DNA of 63,925 nucleotides, filler included, from Craspedostauros australis (lineage: Eukaryota): assembly GCA_030167865.1 (NCBI GenBank). It is 10 parts of 10 records of this genome, joined end to end, with 100 filler letters (N's around TTAATTAATTAA, not from the genome) between each part and the next. Parts side by side here need not be neighbours in the genome. Positions count along the whole stretch, not along the records: positions 1 to 7,318 come from JALAGF010005381.1; positions 7,419 to 10,044 come from JALAGF010005384.1; positions 10,145 to 22,492 come from JALAGF010005387.1; 7 more parts are not named here. One strand, 5' to 3'. The notes below the pieces were generated by a model, which saw only the letters and a list, made by a program, of their open reading frames with translations, was not told the DNA's origin and made no database searches. Below are positions 1-11,042 of the stretch, one piece after another. The position numbers were made by a program, and so were the translations under genes. The number at the start of each line of letters is the position of its first letter. Position 1 is the stretch's first letter.

Positions 1-471
1 GTACTTACCATTTGAAGTTCACCTTCAGTATCCATGATCTTCATGGGTCATCGTATCTTCGCCTCCTACTCTGACTTGGAGACATCTGTCGACGTGGTGA
101 CATGTTGACATCCTGTCGACGTCAGTAGGCGTCCTTCTGCTCTCCAGATGTCACGTTCCATTGGTNNNNNAGTAGTCTGTCAGATGATATCGTCATCTGA
201 GGTTTAGTTGGGAAGTACCTCGAGATTCTCTTGGTACCATTGATGCATGGACGGATGATCTTCTGATTCTTCCAGAAATCGTTATTTGCAAATTTCCTCC
301 AGAAATCTTGCCCCTTTTCGTGTGTTCCATTTCCGCTGTAATTCTGACGAATCACAGCATACTATCGACACGAGTATAGTTATACCGTCCAAGTGCGTAT
401 GAGAGAATAGCGGGTGAACGATGCACATATACATGCACATTTCGACATATACTCACATGTACATCTCGACA
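1..471 (-). repeat. 3' LTR (partial) of Ty1/copia family A
   Basis: The minus strand starts TGTCGAGATG directly after the polypurine tract AGGAAGGG (472-479). Homologous copies lie at 21253-22485 and 36035-36342. Confidence 0.9.
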
Positions 472-491
472 CCCTTCCTGTGTGCATTCGG

Positions 492-3400
492 TCATTCGAA
501 TGTTCTCGATGTGTCATGGTACGGCTTCTCGTGTTCACGTTGTAAGTCGGCCTTGATGTTCTTGGTGTATCCGTCGCTTGTGTTCTGCTCGGATTTGACG
601 AAGATGATTTCGATGGTCTTGTTGATTACCATGTTCCTCACGTAGTGATGGCGCACGTCGATGTGCCGCGATTGTTGGGATGTTGATGGGTTCTTGGCGA
701 TGAAGATNNNNNNNNNNNNNNNNNNNNNNNNNNNNNNNNNNNNNNNNNNNNNNNNNNNNNNNNNNNNNNNNNNNNNNNNNNNNNNNNNNNNNNNNNNNNN
801 NNNNNNNNNNNNNNNNNNNNNNNNNNNNNNGGATGAGCTGAGTGTGACGGCCTTCTGTGCTTTGGATCGCCAAAGGATTGGTACCTTGCACAGGTATAGG
901 ATGAACCCTCCTACACTGATTCTTGTGTTCTTGTCTCCTGCATATTCGCTATCGCAGAAGAGCTCCATGTCCCAGCCGTCGTCGTCTGGACATGCTGCAT
1001 GGATCTTCAATCCATAGTCTTTTGTATCAATCACGTATTTGATGATCCAATACATCTCCTTCATTGCGGCCTTGGTGGGCCCGATCAATACCTTGGAGAG
1101 TTCCCTTACAGGGTTCGCGATGTCTGGTCGCGAGTGCTTGATGAGGAAGAGTAGCATACCGACGCCTCGGCGGTATTCGGCATGTTCTTCTGGTCCGACC
1201 TTCTGCAGTCCGTTATCTTCGGATGGTCGTACAATGATTTGACCTGGGGTTCCCAGTGTCGTGTAGCGTTGCATCTTCTCAACCTTGGTTCCGAACTCTT
1301 CGATGAGGTGTTGGATGAGATGTGGTTGGCGCAACGTTGGTCTAGTCTTGTCATGGTTCAATTCGATGTTGCAGCTGAGGTAATCTCCGAGGCCGCGCTC
1401 GATTGTCACCTTGAACTTGCTGCCTTGGATGTCCTTCAGGAATGTCTCCAGTGCCTTGGAATCTCCGCAACAGAAGCAATCGTCCACGTAGATGGCCACG
1501 ATCATGCTTCCTTCGTTCGTCTTTCTGTAGAACAGGCACGGGTCTGCTGCGCTCTGTTCGAAGTTGATATTCTTGAGGGTGGATACCAACATCTTGAACC
1601 ATTGCCTGGCGCTCTGTACAAGCCCGTAGATTGGCTTGTGTAGGGTCAGGGCTTCGTCTGGTTGATGATCCATCCCATTGGGACAGTTCATGTAGATCTC
1701 CTCGTCGAGGTTTCCGTGTAGGAATGCCGTTACGACATCGACGAGTGCGCAGTCCATCTTCTTGATCAGCATGATTACCATCATGACTCGATATGTCACA
1801 TCATGAATGACAGGTGAGTAGTGCTCTTGGAAGTCTACTCCTGCAACTTGTGAATAGCCACATGCAACGAGTCGCGCTCGATGTGTGCCGTCGCGTTTCA
1901 ACTTGAAGACCCATTTGCATTTGCAGCATCTGCGGCCGCGTGGAATGGTATCTCGCTTGATCTTGCTGTACACCTTTCGTGTATCCATGGAGTCGAACTC
2001 CTTTTTGATGGCTGCTCGATATCCCTTTCGATGGATGGGATCTGGGTGGTTGAAGGCTCCATCGAATGTCGTTGGTTCGATGTGCTTCTCTGGTTCCTTG
2101 TTCTCGTCCTGCATCGACAGTCCGATGTCGATCGCTGGTGCCTCGGTGATGATTGCGTTCATCCCGTACAGCCCTGTTGTGCTATGGTGGGTGATCTCGA
2201 TCTCTTCTCCTTCGTCTTCAATCTCTTCATCATCTGTAGTTTCGCTGTTGGATTCGTCAGTTATCTCATCGCTCAGTTCGTCACTACTTTCGTTGGATGA
2301 TGACTTGCTCTCATAGCCTTCCTCTTTTCGACCTCGTTCATTGAAGTCTGCGAGCTCACGTAGAGCTCTAGGAATGCTCTTCCCTGCAGTCGGTTTGGGA
2401 TTGGTTTCTCCCTTCCTGCCTTGTGCTTCATGACGTCGGATTCTCTCCTTTCTGTCTATGTCACGCTTGCTTGGCTTGGTTGGTGGAGGTCTTGACAGTG
2501 TGTCATGTTTAGACCTCGCTGGTGTGTTCGGAGGAGTAACGTCTGTGTCATCGACAGCTTCGTCGCCGGATGGTATGATCTCGTCATCCTCCTGATTGGA
2601 TTCGCTCCGATCTTCGTCGTCGTTATGGATTAGTTGAGTTACTGTTCCATCGTCCTCGTCATCCTCATCATCACTGTCTGATAGGATGTGATACCTGTTG
2701 CTGTCAGCGAAAGATACTCTCTTCGCTTCTGATGTTTGACGCGTTGCCGTCTTTGCCGTTACTCCCTTCCGTCCAATGGTTGTGAAGCCGTCTGCGTCCG
2801 TTGTTCCTACTTCGCTGGGTATGTTCGGTGCTGATGCTCAGTCACGGAACTGTCCATATGATTGGTTGAGCCATTTGATGTCGCAGGAACAGACCAGTGA
2901 CTTTGTTGATGGCCTGTACATGTTGTAGACTCCTGATGCATGTTGGTGTGCATATCCGATGAACACCATCTCTTCTCTTCTGTTCTTGAGTTTGGTGGTG
3001 ATCCCGCCATAGGTGGTCTTCACGACACCCACCTCTCCGAATGTGCGGAGTGCATCCGCGTATGGTGGATCACTGCCGAAGAATTGGCGATGTGGTGACT
3101 CCTTCTGATTCTTCGCTACGGTGATGTTGGCGATGGCGGTGGCAGTGCTAGCAGCTGCTGCCCACAGGCCATGCCTATACTCTTCATTGAGTTGTGCTCC
3201 GTTGAGCATGGAGCGGATCTTGGTGTAGAGGTACGCGAACTTGCGTTCTACTCTACCGTTCTGTTGCGGCGTGTTCGATGCTGTGAATTCGAATTTCACG
3301 TTGAGTCCTGCATCGATGAGAATATCCTGTGTGGACTTGTTCTCTCCGCTGTTGTCTCCTCGGAAGATGATTTGTTGATCACCAGTCTGCGACTTGATCG

Positions 3401-3960
3401 TCTGGACGAATCGTTTGATGTACCCTGGTTGGTCACTCTTGTTCTTGAGAAAGAAACTCCAGCAGTGATCCGTGCAGTCGTCCACGATCAGGGTCCAGTA
3501 GCGTTTATCTCCAAAGCTTATGTGTTTAGTGTAACTAATGTCAATGAAGAGACGTTCGCCGCGGCGAGTTGCTCTTGGGATCGTTGCCTTCGGGATGTTC
3601 TTCACTCTTGCGTTCGCGACCGTGCAGTCGCGACATACCGGCATCTCGCCGATGATCTTCCATCCGTACTGAGCGGCTGTCCGCTTCATGGTCTCGAGTG
3701 GCGCGTGGCCGAGCATTCAGTGCAAGTTCACCGTGCTGATCTCTTTGGATGGATTCTTGATGATGGCTGCAGAAGCCTTGTCGTCGTCCAATGGCTTGAT
3801 GGGATGCATCTGCACTCCCGTGATGAATCCGTTGGATGTGGGGAAGACTCGATCGAACACGATCTTTGTTCCAGATCCGTTGATGATGTCCATCAGAATG
3901 CCGTTGTTACCAAGCTGGTAACTGTTGTACAGGGACACTCGGCAGAAAGTCGGGATTCCA
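492..3960 (-). mobile_element. Ty1/copia (CoDi-like) pol: GAG-pre-integrase, integrase, RT, RNase H; interrupted by two in-frame TGA stops and 5'-truncated
   Basis: Motifs H*MLGH...CRDC, TPQQNGRVER, KWVFKLK, RARLVACGYSQ, YGLVQS, YVDD and DSEYAGD, in copia order (integrase before RT). ORFs 3717-3995, 2838-3716 and 492-2162 share one frame, broken only by TGA at 3717-3719 and 2838-2840. Confidence 0.93.
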
Positions 3961-4078
3961 TTCAACCTATCATTCGTTAAGTAATTTAGCATCATGACAT
4001 TATCCTCCAGTCATTCAAAGTTGGTGCGTTTGGCGTCAATTACTCCCTTTACAAAACCTTGAGTCGCAACAGAGAAAC

Positions 4079-4182
4079 TCCCGACATTCCCGACAAAGCA
4101 CCCGACATTCCCGACAACGCACCCGACATTCCCGACAAAGCACCCGACATTCCCGACAAGACACCCGACATTCCCGACAAAG
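4079..4182 (+). repeat. 21-bp minisatellite (CCCGACATTCCCGACAAAGCA) x~5
   Basis: Directly visible tandem units. Confidence 0.9.
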
Positions 4183-4332
4183 CGCTCAATACTCGTCACA
4201 AGGCAGTCGGCGTGTTTGAGTACCTTTGCCCATCTGCTCGTGCTCGCTTGTTGGATAACGTTGATGGAGTGTGTCCCAGTGCAATCCATCAGTTGTACCC
4301 AGAACACACACCAGACACCACTCAAAGCGCTG

Positions 4333-7058
4333 GGACACCCGGCAAGTGCATCAAATACTTCAGTTTACGACTAGTACGACTCAACAGTGGTTTTTGTCAT
4401 TTGTTGTGTTTCTTCGTTGTTTGTGAGATGTTGACAAAGCAAATGTCGCAGCGACGTCTTCGTTTGATTCATTGATATTAATACTTTATCAGTCGGTGTT
4501 ACTCGGACAAATGTAGTCATTGCTTCCGTTCGGTTGAAGTGTCATCGAGTCCCGTCGAACCTGCTTCCTTTTGCATTTAATGCATTTGGAGTGCATTTAA
4601 TGCACTTGGGGTTCAAAAAATGCATTTGAAGTGCATTAAATGCAAATGGAGTGCATTAAATGCATTTGTAGTGCATTAAATGCATTTGAAGTGCATTAAA
4701 TGCAATTGGGGTGCATTAAATGCATTTGGAGTGCAAAAAATGCATTTGAAGTGCATTAAATGCACTTGATCGGTTTTGCTGTCCACAATTCGTGAATGGA
4801 TCCTCCTGGCGTCATCTCGCCACATCCAACCGCTGGGCGCAAAACTGGTGGTTGCATGAGCCAGACGTACTGTTTGCGAACGGAAGGTGGTCGTAGTGAG
4901 CAAGAACAATTCTCCTGCTGCCAATTCAGTGGTTCTTGCAAGCCCCATGCTGGGTACCATCGTGTTTTCTGTAAGCCCCATGCNGGGTACCNTCATGTTT
5001 TNCTGAANATANNNAATCGGACAACNCTACTTTCTTAGNNNNNGATGTANCGTGTTGTCAANTAGGGTNANACATATTTAGCTANNTGTCTACGACACAA
5101 ATACTGGCTGGCTTGTCCTCAACGCGGACAAAAGGCATGACGTCATTGACGGTCGATGACAGACCGAAATTGTATTCAATGGTGTGGATGGTGATGTCGT
5201 CACAGGTCCAGTGCCATGTCGGTTGCTCACACTGTTGGTGATTTGGCTCCTTTGGGTGTTTCCTCCTGCCGGTGTTGTGTCAAGCAGCAAAGCATTGGTG
5301 GTGTCATCCCTACATNNNNNNNNNNNNNNNNNNNNNNNNNNNNNNNNNNNNNNNNNNNNNNNNNNNNNNNNNNNNNNNNNNNNNNNNNNNNNNNNNNNNN
5401 NNNNNNNNNNNNNNNNAAATACAATACTAAATAATACTTGGCTTAGTTTGTGAATGTTCTACAAAGTCCTGCACAACCTGCTTTGTTCCCCTTGGACATG
5501 AGACGCTATAATCATCTGCTGAGCTGTTGACATGGTGCAGAAAGAGACTGGTGACAGTAGTGTTGTCATCTTTGTTGTTTCTTGCATCGTGATTCAAGTG
5601 CTTGTGGATTCAATACCACTGAAACAAGAAGTAAAGAGGGGGAGCAGATGAGCAACGGTTCAAAGCCAATGATGGCCATTGGCGACAACAAGCAGAGAGG
5701 AGGTCCAAACACACAGGCAGGGAATAGATCTGAAGCAAGGACAAGGCTGTACTATAGAGTAGGTATATGGAGGGAAGGCAGTGTGTGCTGATTGATATGT
5801 GGACAAAGCTGAACGTCCTGGACCATGAACAGCAGCGGACCGAGAACAAGGCATGATGCAGGTTGAGTTAAGGGTGAGGGCAAAGGTTGAATTGGGGTGT
5901 ACCATCCTTGGGTAGCATGGAGCCTGCAACCTGCTCACCACCATATGTATTCTTCTCCACATGGGTTCCATTGATCCAAAGCCCAGACAAAGCAGCAGCC
6001 TTGGCATGCCCACCGCCACCACGCAATCCTCAACATGTTGTTACAAGTAACCGCCTCACCCACGTGAAATGTGAGTGCGTCGATGATAGACACGACTGGA
6101 CAGCATGTCGAAACACGACTGACGATTCCGAACCCCATTTGCCCTCCACCGTCCGCACGCTTGACGCTAATAGGCAAAGGCTAATGCGAAAAATATAACT
6201 TTGTAACTATAAGGCTCAGGAGTCTAAAACTTCACACATATACCCAATACCGCATGATAGAATGAATTCAATGCTGAAATATTGTATCAGAACGATGTTA
6301 CAATCGTATCCTGAATGGGTCTTATGCTCACGCTGGGTCCACACATCAACCAACTCGAGTCCGTTGTCCATTTGGTATTGGAGAATCACGCACAGAGGTT
6401 CGAATGGTTGCACATGGCATTGGTGGCCATGGCGGACAGTGTCGCTCGTGGTCTTCAAGTTCTTGATTCGGCAGTTCAAACGCTCGGCAACGAGCGCGGC
6501 TCTTGAACTTCGCGCCATCTTTTCGCGAAAAATCCTGTTCTTGGGGCCTGCACACCAATCACCAACCCACACACAAACAGCTCAAGCGAGTCCCGCGACC
6601 TGTGTCCTTCCACCAAAAAATGCATTTGGTGTGCAAAAAATGCATTTGCAGTGCATTAAATGCACTTGGAGTTCAAAAAATGCATTTGAANNNNNNNNNN
6701 NNNNNNNNNNNNNNNNNNNNNNNNNNNNNNNNNNNNNNNNNNNNNNNNNNNNNNNNNNNNNNNNNNNNNNNNNNNNNNNNNNNNNNNNNNNNNNNNTTGG
6801 AGTGCATTAAATGCACTTTCAGTTGTGCATCAGATTGATTCGTGACTTAAACAACAACAGTCACAACGGCGGTCATTGGACACCAGTAGACGATCTCGTT
6901 AAATATGATACTTAACGACACGACATTAATAGGTCATTTTCAGCGAATGCAACGACACAGATTGTGGAGGTAAGACTAATTCGATTAAACAGCCTCGATT
7001 CATCTCTCTGGTCAAATGAGTCAAACGACGAACGTTTCAATGGACTTGCCGGGTGTCC
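4333..7058. mobile_element. Non-autonomous TIR DNA transposon, PIF/Harbinger-like, CTG TSD
   Basis: TIRs GGACACCCGGCAAGTGCAT / ATGGACTTGCCGGGTGTCC (18/19 match). CTG on both sides (4330-4332, 7059-7061). Subterminal 20-bp arrays at both ends and no intact ORF. Confidence 0.8.
4572..4766 (+). repeat. 20-bp tandem array (GTGCATTAAATGCATTTGAA), left subterminal; second array at ~6617-6818
   Basis: About 10 units visible. The same unit recurs in direct orientation near the right TIR. Confidence 0.9.
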
Positions 7059-7362
7059 CTGAGGCTATTTGGATCGTTACGGTGCGTTCGTTGGTTCTAC
7101 CGTGGGGATTCGGACAATCAAGGGACAACCTTTTCCATTTGATGACACAACAACACCCCATTTCGCCTCGTGCCATTTTGCCTCACATCATTTCGCCTCA
7201 CATCATTTCGCCCCACATCACATCACATCACACCACATCACACAACATCACACAACATCGCACCACAACGCATCGCATTGCGCGAAAAAAGACAACTGAT
7301 TGAGCCTGTTCTTTGTTTNNNNNNNNNNNNNNNNNNNNNNNNNNNNNNNNNNNNNNNNNNNN

Positions 7363-7374
7363 TTAATTAATTAA
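7363..7374. other. Artificial scaffold linker TTAATTAATTAA (also at 10089, 22537, 35980, 38759, 41448, 52408, 61211, 62778)
   Basis: The same 12-mer, with stops in all six frames, is embedded in N runs nine times. Confidence 0.97.
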
Positions 7375-7418
7375 NNNNNNNNNNNNNNNNNNNNNNNNNN
7401 NNNNNNNNNNNNNNNNNN

Positions 7419-8207
7419 TGGCTGCTTATTCTCTTGCTCGTTTTGTTGTAAGCGTTGCTGCAGTTGTTGCAGTTGTGGGTGAACTGAAGGCGAAAGTCCT
7501 CTGATGAGGGACTCCATACACTCCAGGTGGCCGTTGCAGCATGCGTCATGAAGGGGAGTCCAACCACTGTTGGCTTTGCAGTTGACGTCGGCCCCACATG
7601 ATTTGATGAGGTACTCCACACACACCAGCTGGCCTTTGTGGCATGCCACATGAAGGGGAGTCCAACCATCGCTGTCTTGGCAGTTGATATTCGCCTCACA
7701 TGATTCGATGAGGTACTTCACACACTCCAGGTGGCTGTTGGAGCATGCCCGATGAAGGGGAGTGGAACCATGGTTGCTTTTGCAGTTGATGTCCGCCTCA
7801 CATGATTCGACGAGGTACTTGACACACTCCAGGTGGCCGTTGTAGCATGCATCATGAAGGGGAGTGTCACCACCGTTGTCTTTGCAGTTGATGTCCGCCT
7901 CACATGATTCGATGAGGTACTTGACACACTCCAGGTGGCCGTTGTAGCATGCCAGATGAAGGGGAGTGGAACCTTGGTTGGTTTTGCAGTTGATGTCCGC
8001 CTCACATGATTCGATGAGGTACTTGACACACTCCAGCTTGCCGTTGGAGCATGCCCAAAGAAGGGGAGTCCGACCAACCCAGTCTGTAACCATGTTGACA
8101 CCATTTCCTTCATTATGTGTCTCGTTCTGCTTCTTCCACTCCTTCAACACTGACAAGTCACCTGCCTTGGCAGCATCAATGAGTTGTTCGTTCGTAACAC
8201 TCGGCAT
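7419..8207 (-). CDS. Ankyrin repeat protein (six 34-aa repeats, then coiled coil), 3'-truncated by scaffold end
   Basis: Repeats of TPLHxACxxGHLECVKYLIESCEADINC. Paralogue of the gene at 28017-30006 (shared N-cap GDLSVLKEWK). Confidence 0.9.
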
Positions 8208-11042
8208 TTTGAGAGTATGGTGGATGGTCGCTGGACGATAGACGTTGGACGTTGGACGTTGGACGATTTATGTTGGATTGGCTGTCGAGGATGTCTGTGG
8301 TCGGAGCTGCCTATGGAAGAGATATCGATGTTTGTGTCTGCAACAGCTTGTAGTAGTATGAGTATGAGTGCCATACGCTGTGTGATGAATATGAGTGGCA
8401 ATTCGATGTCTGTTGTTCACGCGGTTGAGTATGGGGTTGGGTGATGTGTGTGCTGTTGTCTTGTTCGCATGGTCTCCTCCTTCTGTTTGCCTGTGTTTGT
8501 CTCCTCCTTGATCAAACGCGTCTGGTTCGCGCGGATTGGATCTTTCTGTTTCCCATCCATCACGAAAATGCGTGCGACCAACAACAAGAAAGAAGCACCA
8601 CAACAGAGTTCTCGTTTGGCCACAATCAATGCAACACCAATCCGAAGCAAACAACGTGAAAGTCTTCGGAAACAGAGAGAGCTGTCATCGTCGCCGCCAC
8701 CGCCGCCACCACCATGTGCACCATGGCCCACGCTTGCTTGCGTCATCGTGGCATCTGCAAGACNNNNNNNNNNNNNNNNNNNNNNNNNNNNNNNNNNNNN
8801 NNNNNNNNNNNNNTCATCGTCGCCGCCACCGCCGCCACCACCATGTGCACCATGGCCCACGCTTGCTTGCGTCATCGTGGCATCTGCAAGACCGCTGCCC
8901 CTCGTCCGCCTGCCATCACAAGCACCAACTTGAGGTGTGAGCCAATGCCTCGAACAACCATGAAGCCACCGATGGAGCCACCAATGTGACTGCCTTTGTT
9001 GATTGCCTGTGTTGGTCGCGACCCATCTCATTTGGATTTGGCTGGTTGCCATCCCACCGCATTGCAACCATCACCATCCGCACGGGCAACAAGAGTCCCC
9101 AACATCAAACCAACACCACATTGTGTATTGGGGATGAGTTGACACGTCCAGCAATCAACAGGTGGAGTGATACCGTGCCACCTCCGCTGTTCCTGCCACA
9201 CGGACCACCAACATACAATACCATGCGCATTCTATCAATAGGCATGAGTGCCGCCGTCTTGGCTCGTGACTTCCAGAGCATCGATGCTCAACTGAGGCGA
9301 TCGACAGGAACATCCGCCTCATCAACGAAGTTGGGAGCACCACGAAGGAGGACATGTGGGTATACGGTGCGCGAATGGGCCAGGGATCGCTGACCATGTG
9401 CTTCTTGTGCCATACGGAAACTCTGTGCCAACCATGATCCGCAATACGGCACTCGCACTCTGCATGGGGTTGCTTGTTGGTTGGTTGGTTGATTCGTTGG
9501 TTTCTTCTTTTGCTCGTCAAGCTCTCTGGATGTTTGGACTGCGCTGGCTCGTCGGTTCTTGTCTTTCCGCCGCGCTGGCACTGCTCGCTTCGAAGATTGG
9601 AATGGATGGTGACCCTGGCAATTGTTGCTGTAACCGCGAGTGATCACTCCTCCTGGGGCTTGGCAAGGGTCTCGACTGCAGTTCTGGCACAATGGCGGAG
9701 TGCAACTCATGGAGAGATGAGGACAATAGCGTGATACGAGACAGTCGATGGAACCGTGCAGCACCCATGCTCCTCGTGACTTCTCATCATCTCCCTCTGC
9801 CTTGTTCGCCATGTGCTCTTCGTAGATCGCCTCTTTCAGAAGCTTGGATCGGCTGGCATCGGCACTGTAGCTTTCAATCTGTTTGGCAGTGTGACTTGGA
9901 GTGGAGTGTTCTGTGTGTGAATCCGGCGGCACGGTGACGACCGCACGGCTTGTGATAATGCTGCTGCCATGCGTCCTTTGTCTGAGCAACGAACCAACAA
10001 CGATGCTCATGGCGGAGTGTGGATGGAACCACAGATGTCCAATCNNNNNNNNNNNNNNNNNNNNNNNNNNNNNNNNNNNNNNNNNNNNTTAATTAATTAA
10101 NNNNNNNNNNNNNNNNNNNNNNNNNNNNNNNNNNNNNNNNNNNNCCAGCGATGCGATGGGCCTCAACACGTCGCGAAAGGGAAGCAGGGAGGAAGAAAAG
10201 AATGCAAACATGATACTGGAGACTGGCCACGTACAGCACTCCGTCACAATACGACTGCACGCCATATAGAACCACATCGCTGTCGTCTGATAGCAAGCCA
10301 AATACTAATAGCAATGCAATCTCCGAAGGAACAAACGATCACATCTTGCGCATAGGGTCCCCCAAAACATTGGAAACCCCACCAACGCGACGGCAACACG
10401 CAAACCTCACGGTCGGAACCCTAGCAAAACTATCCGTCTGCGCGTGCGTACGCCTCTACCCCGTAGATGCCATCCGAGGTTTAAGCATCCATATCTTTGC
10501 AACCACCCCGATCTGGAAGCCCAGACTGACACCATAGTTAGTTTCTCACTTTATTCTATAGGGGTGGGTGGTTTATACGCTAAAACGTGGTGTAACGTCT
10601 TTAACGGCTCTCGATGGCTACTTATGGGTTTATCTGCAATACATATATATATGTATTTGCCGCTGCTTCCATTTTGCGCGCCACTCTGCCAAGCACACAA
10701 CATGTGATACCACGAAGAGAGCGCACACATCCAACACCATTGTGCACATCAAGGCAACCAAGGTGGCAAGGTGGCAAGGTGGCAAGGTAGCAAGGAATCA
10801 TCCATCCATTTACACTCGTGCCATCCTCATACTTGCACTTGATGACATAAGCTCTTACATGATATTGTATTATATTATTCATTGTGCTGGAGCGTGCTGA
10901 ATCGAACAAAAAGCACGATCGATAACATCAACGATCAGAGTGTCTGAATTATTATACTATACGACCTATTCTATTATTCTATTCTATATTCTACTCATTC
11001 TCTGCTCCACCGGCTCTGCGAGGACTCCAGACGAGGACGGAT

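Noticed and set aside
8685..8893. Direct duplications flanking N gaps (also ~21278/21704, 33547/33789, 35091/35311, 37295/37733, 63257/63352)
   Set aside because: Each is centred on a ~50-N gap, which is typical of unmerged contig overlaps rather than real tandem repeats.
9288..10010. 240-aa ORF (also 22545-22988 and 52556-53284)
   Set aside because: No recognisable domain, so these cannot be supported as genes from sequence alone.
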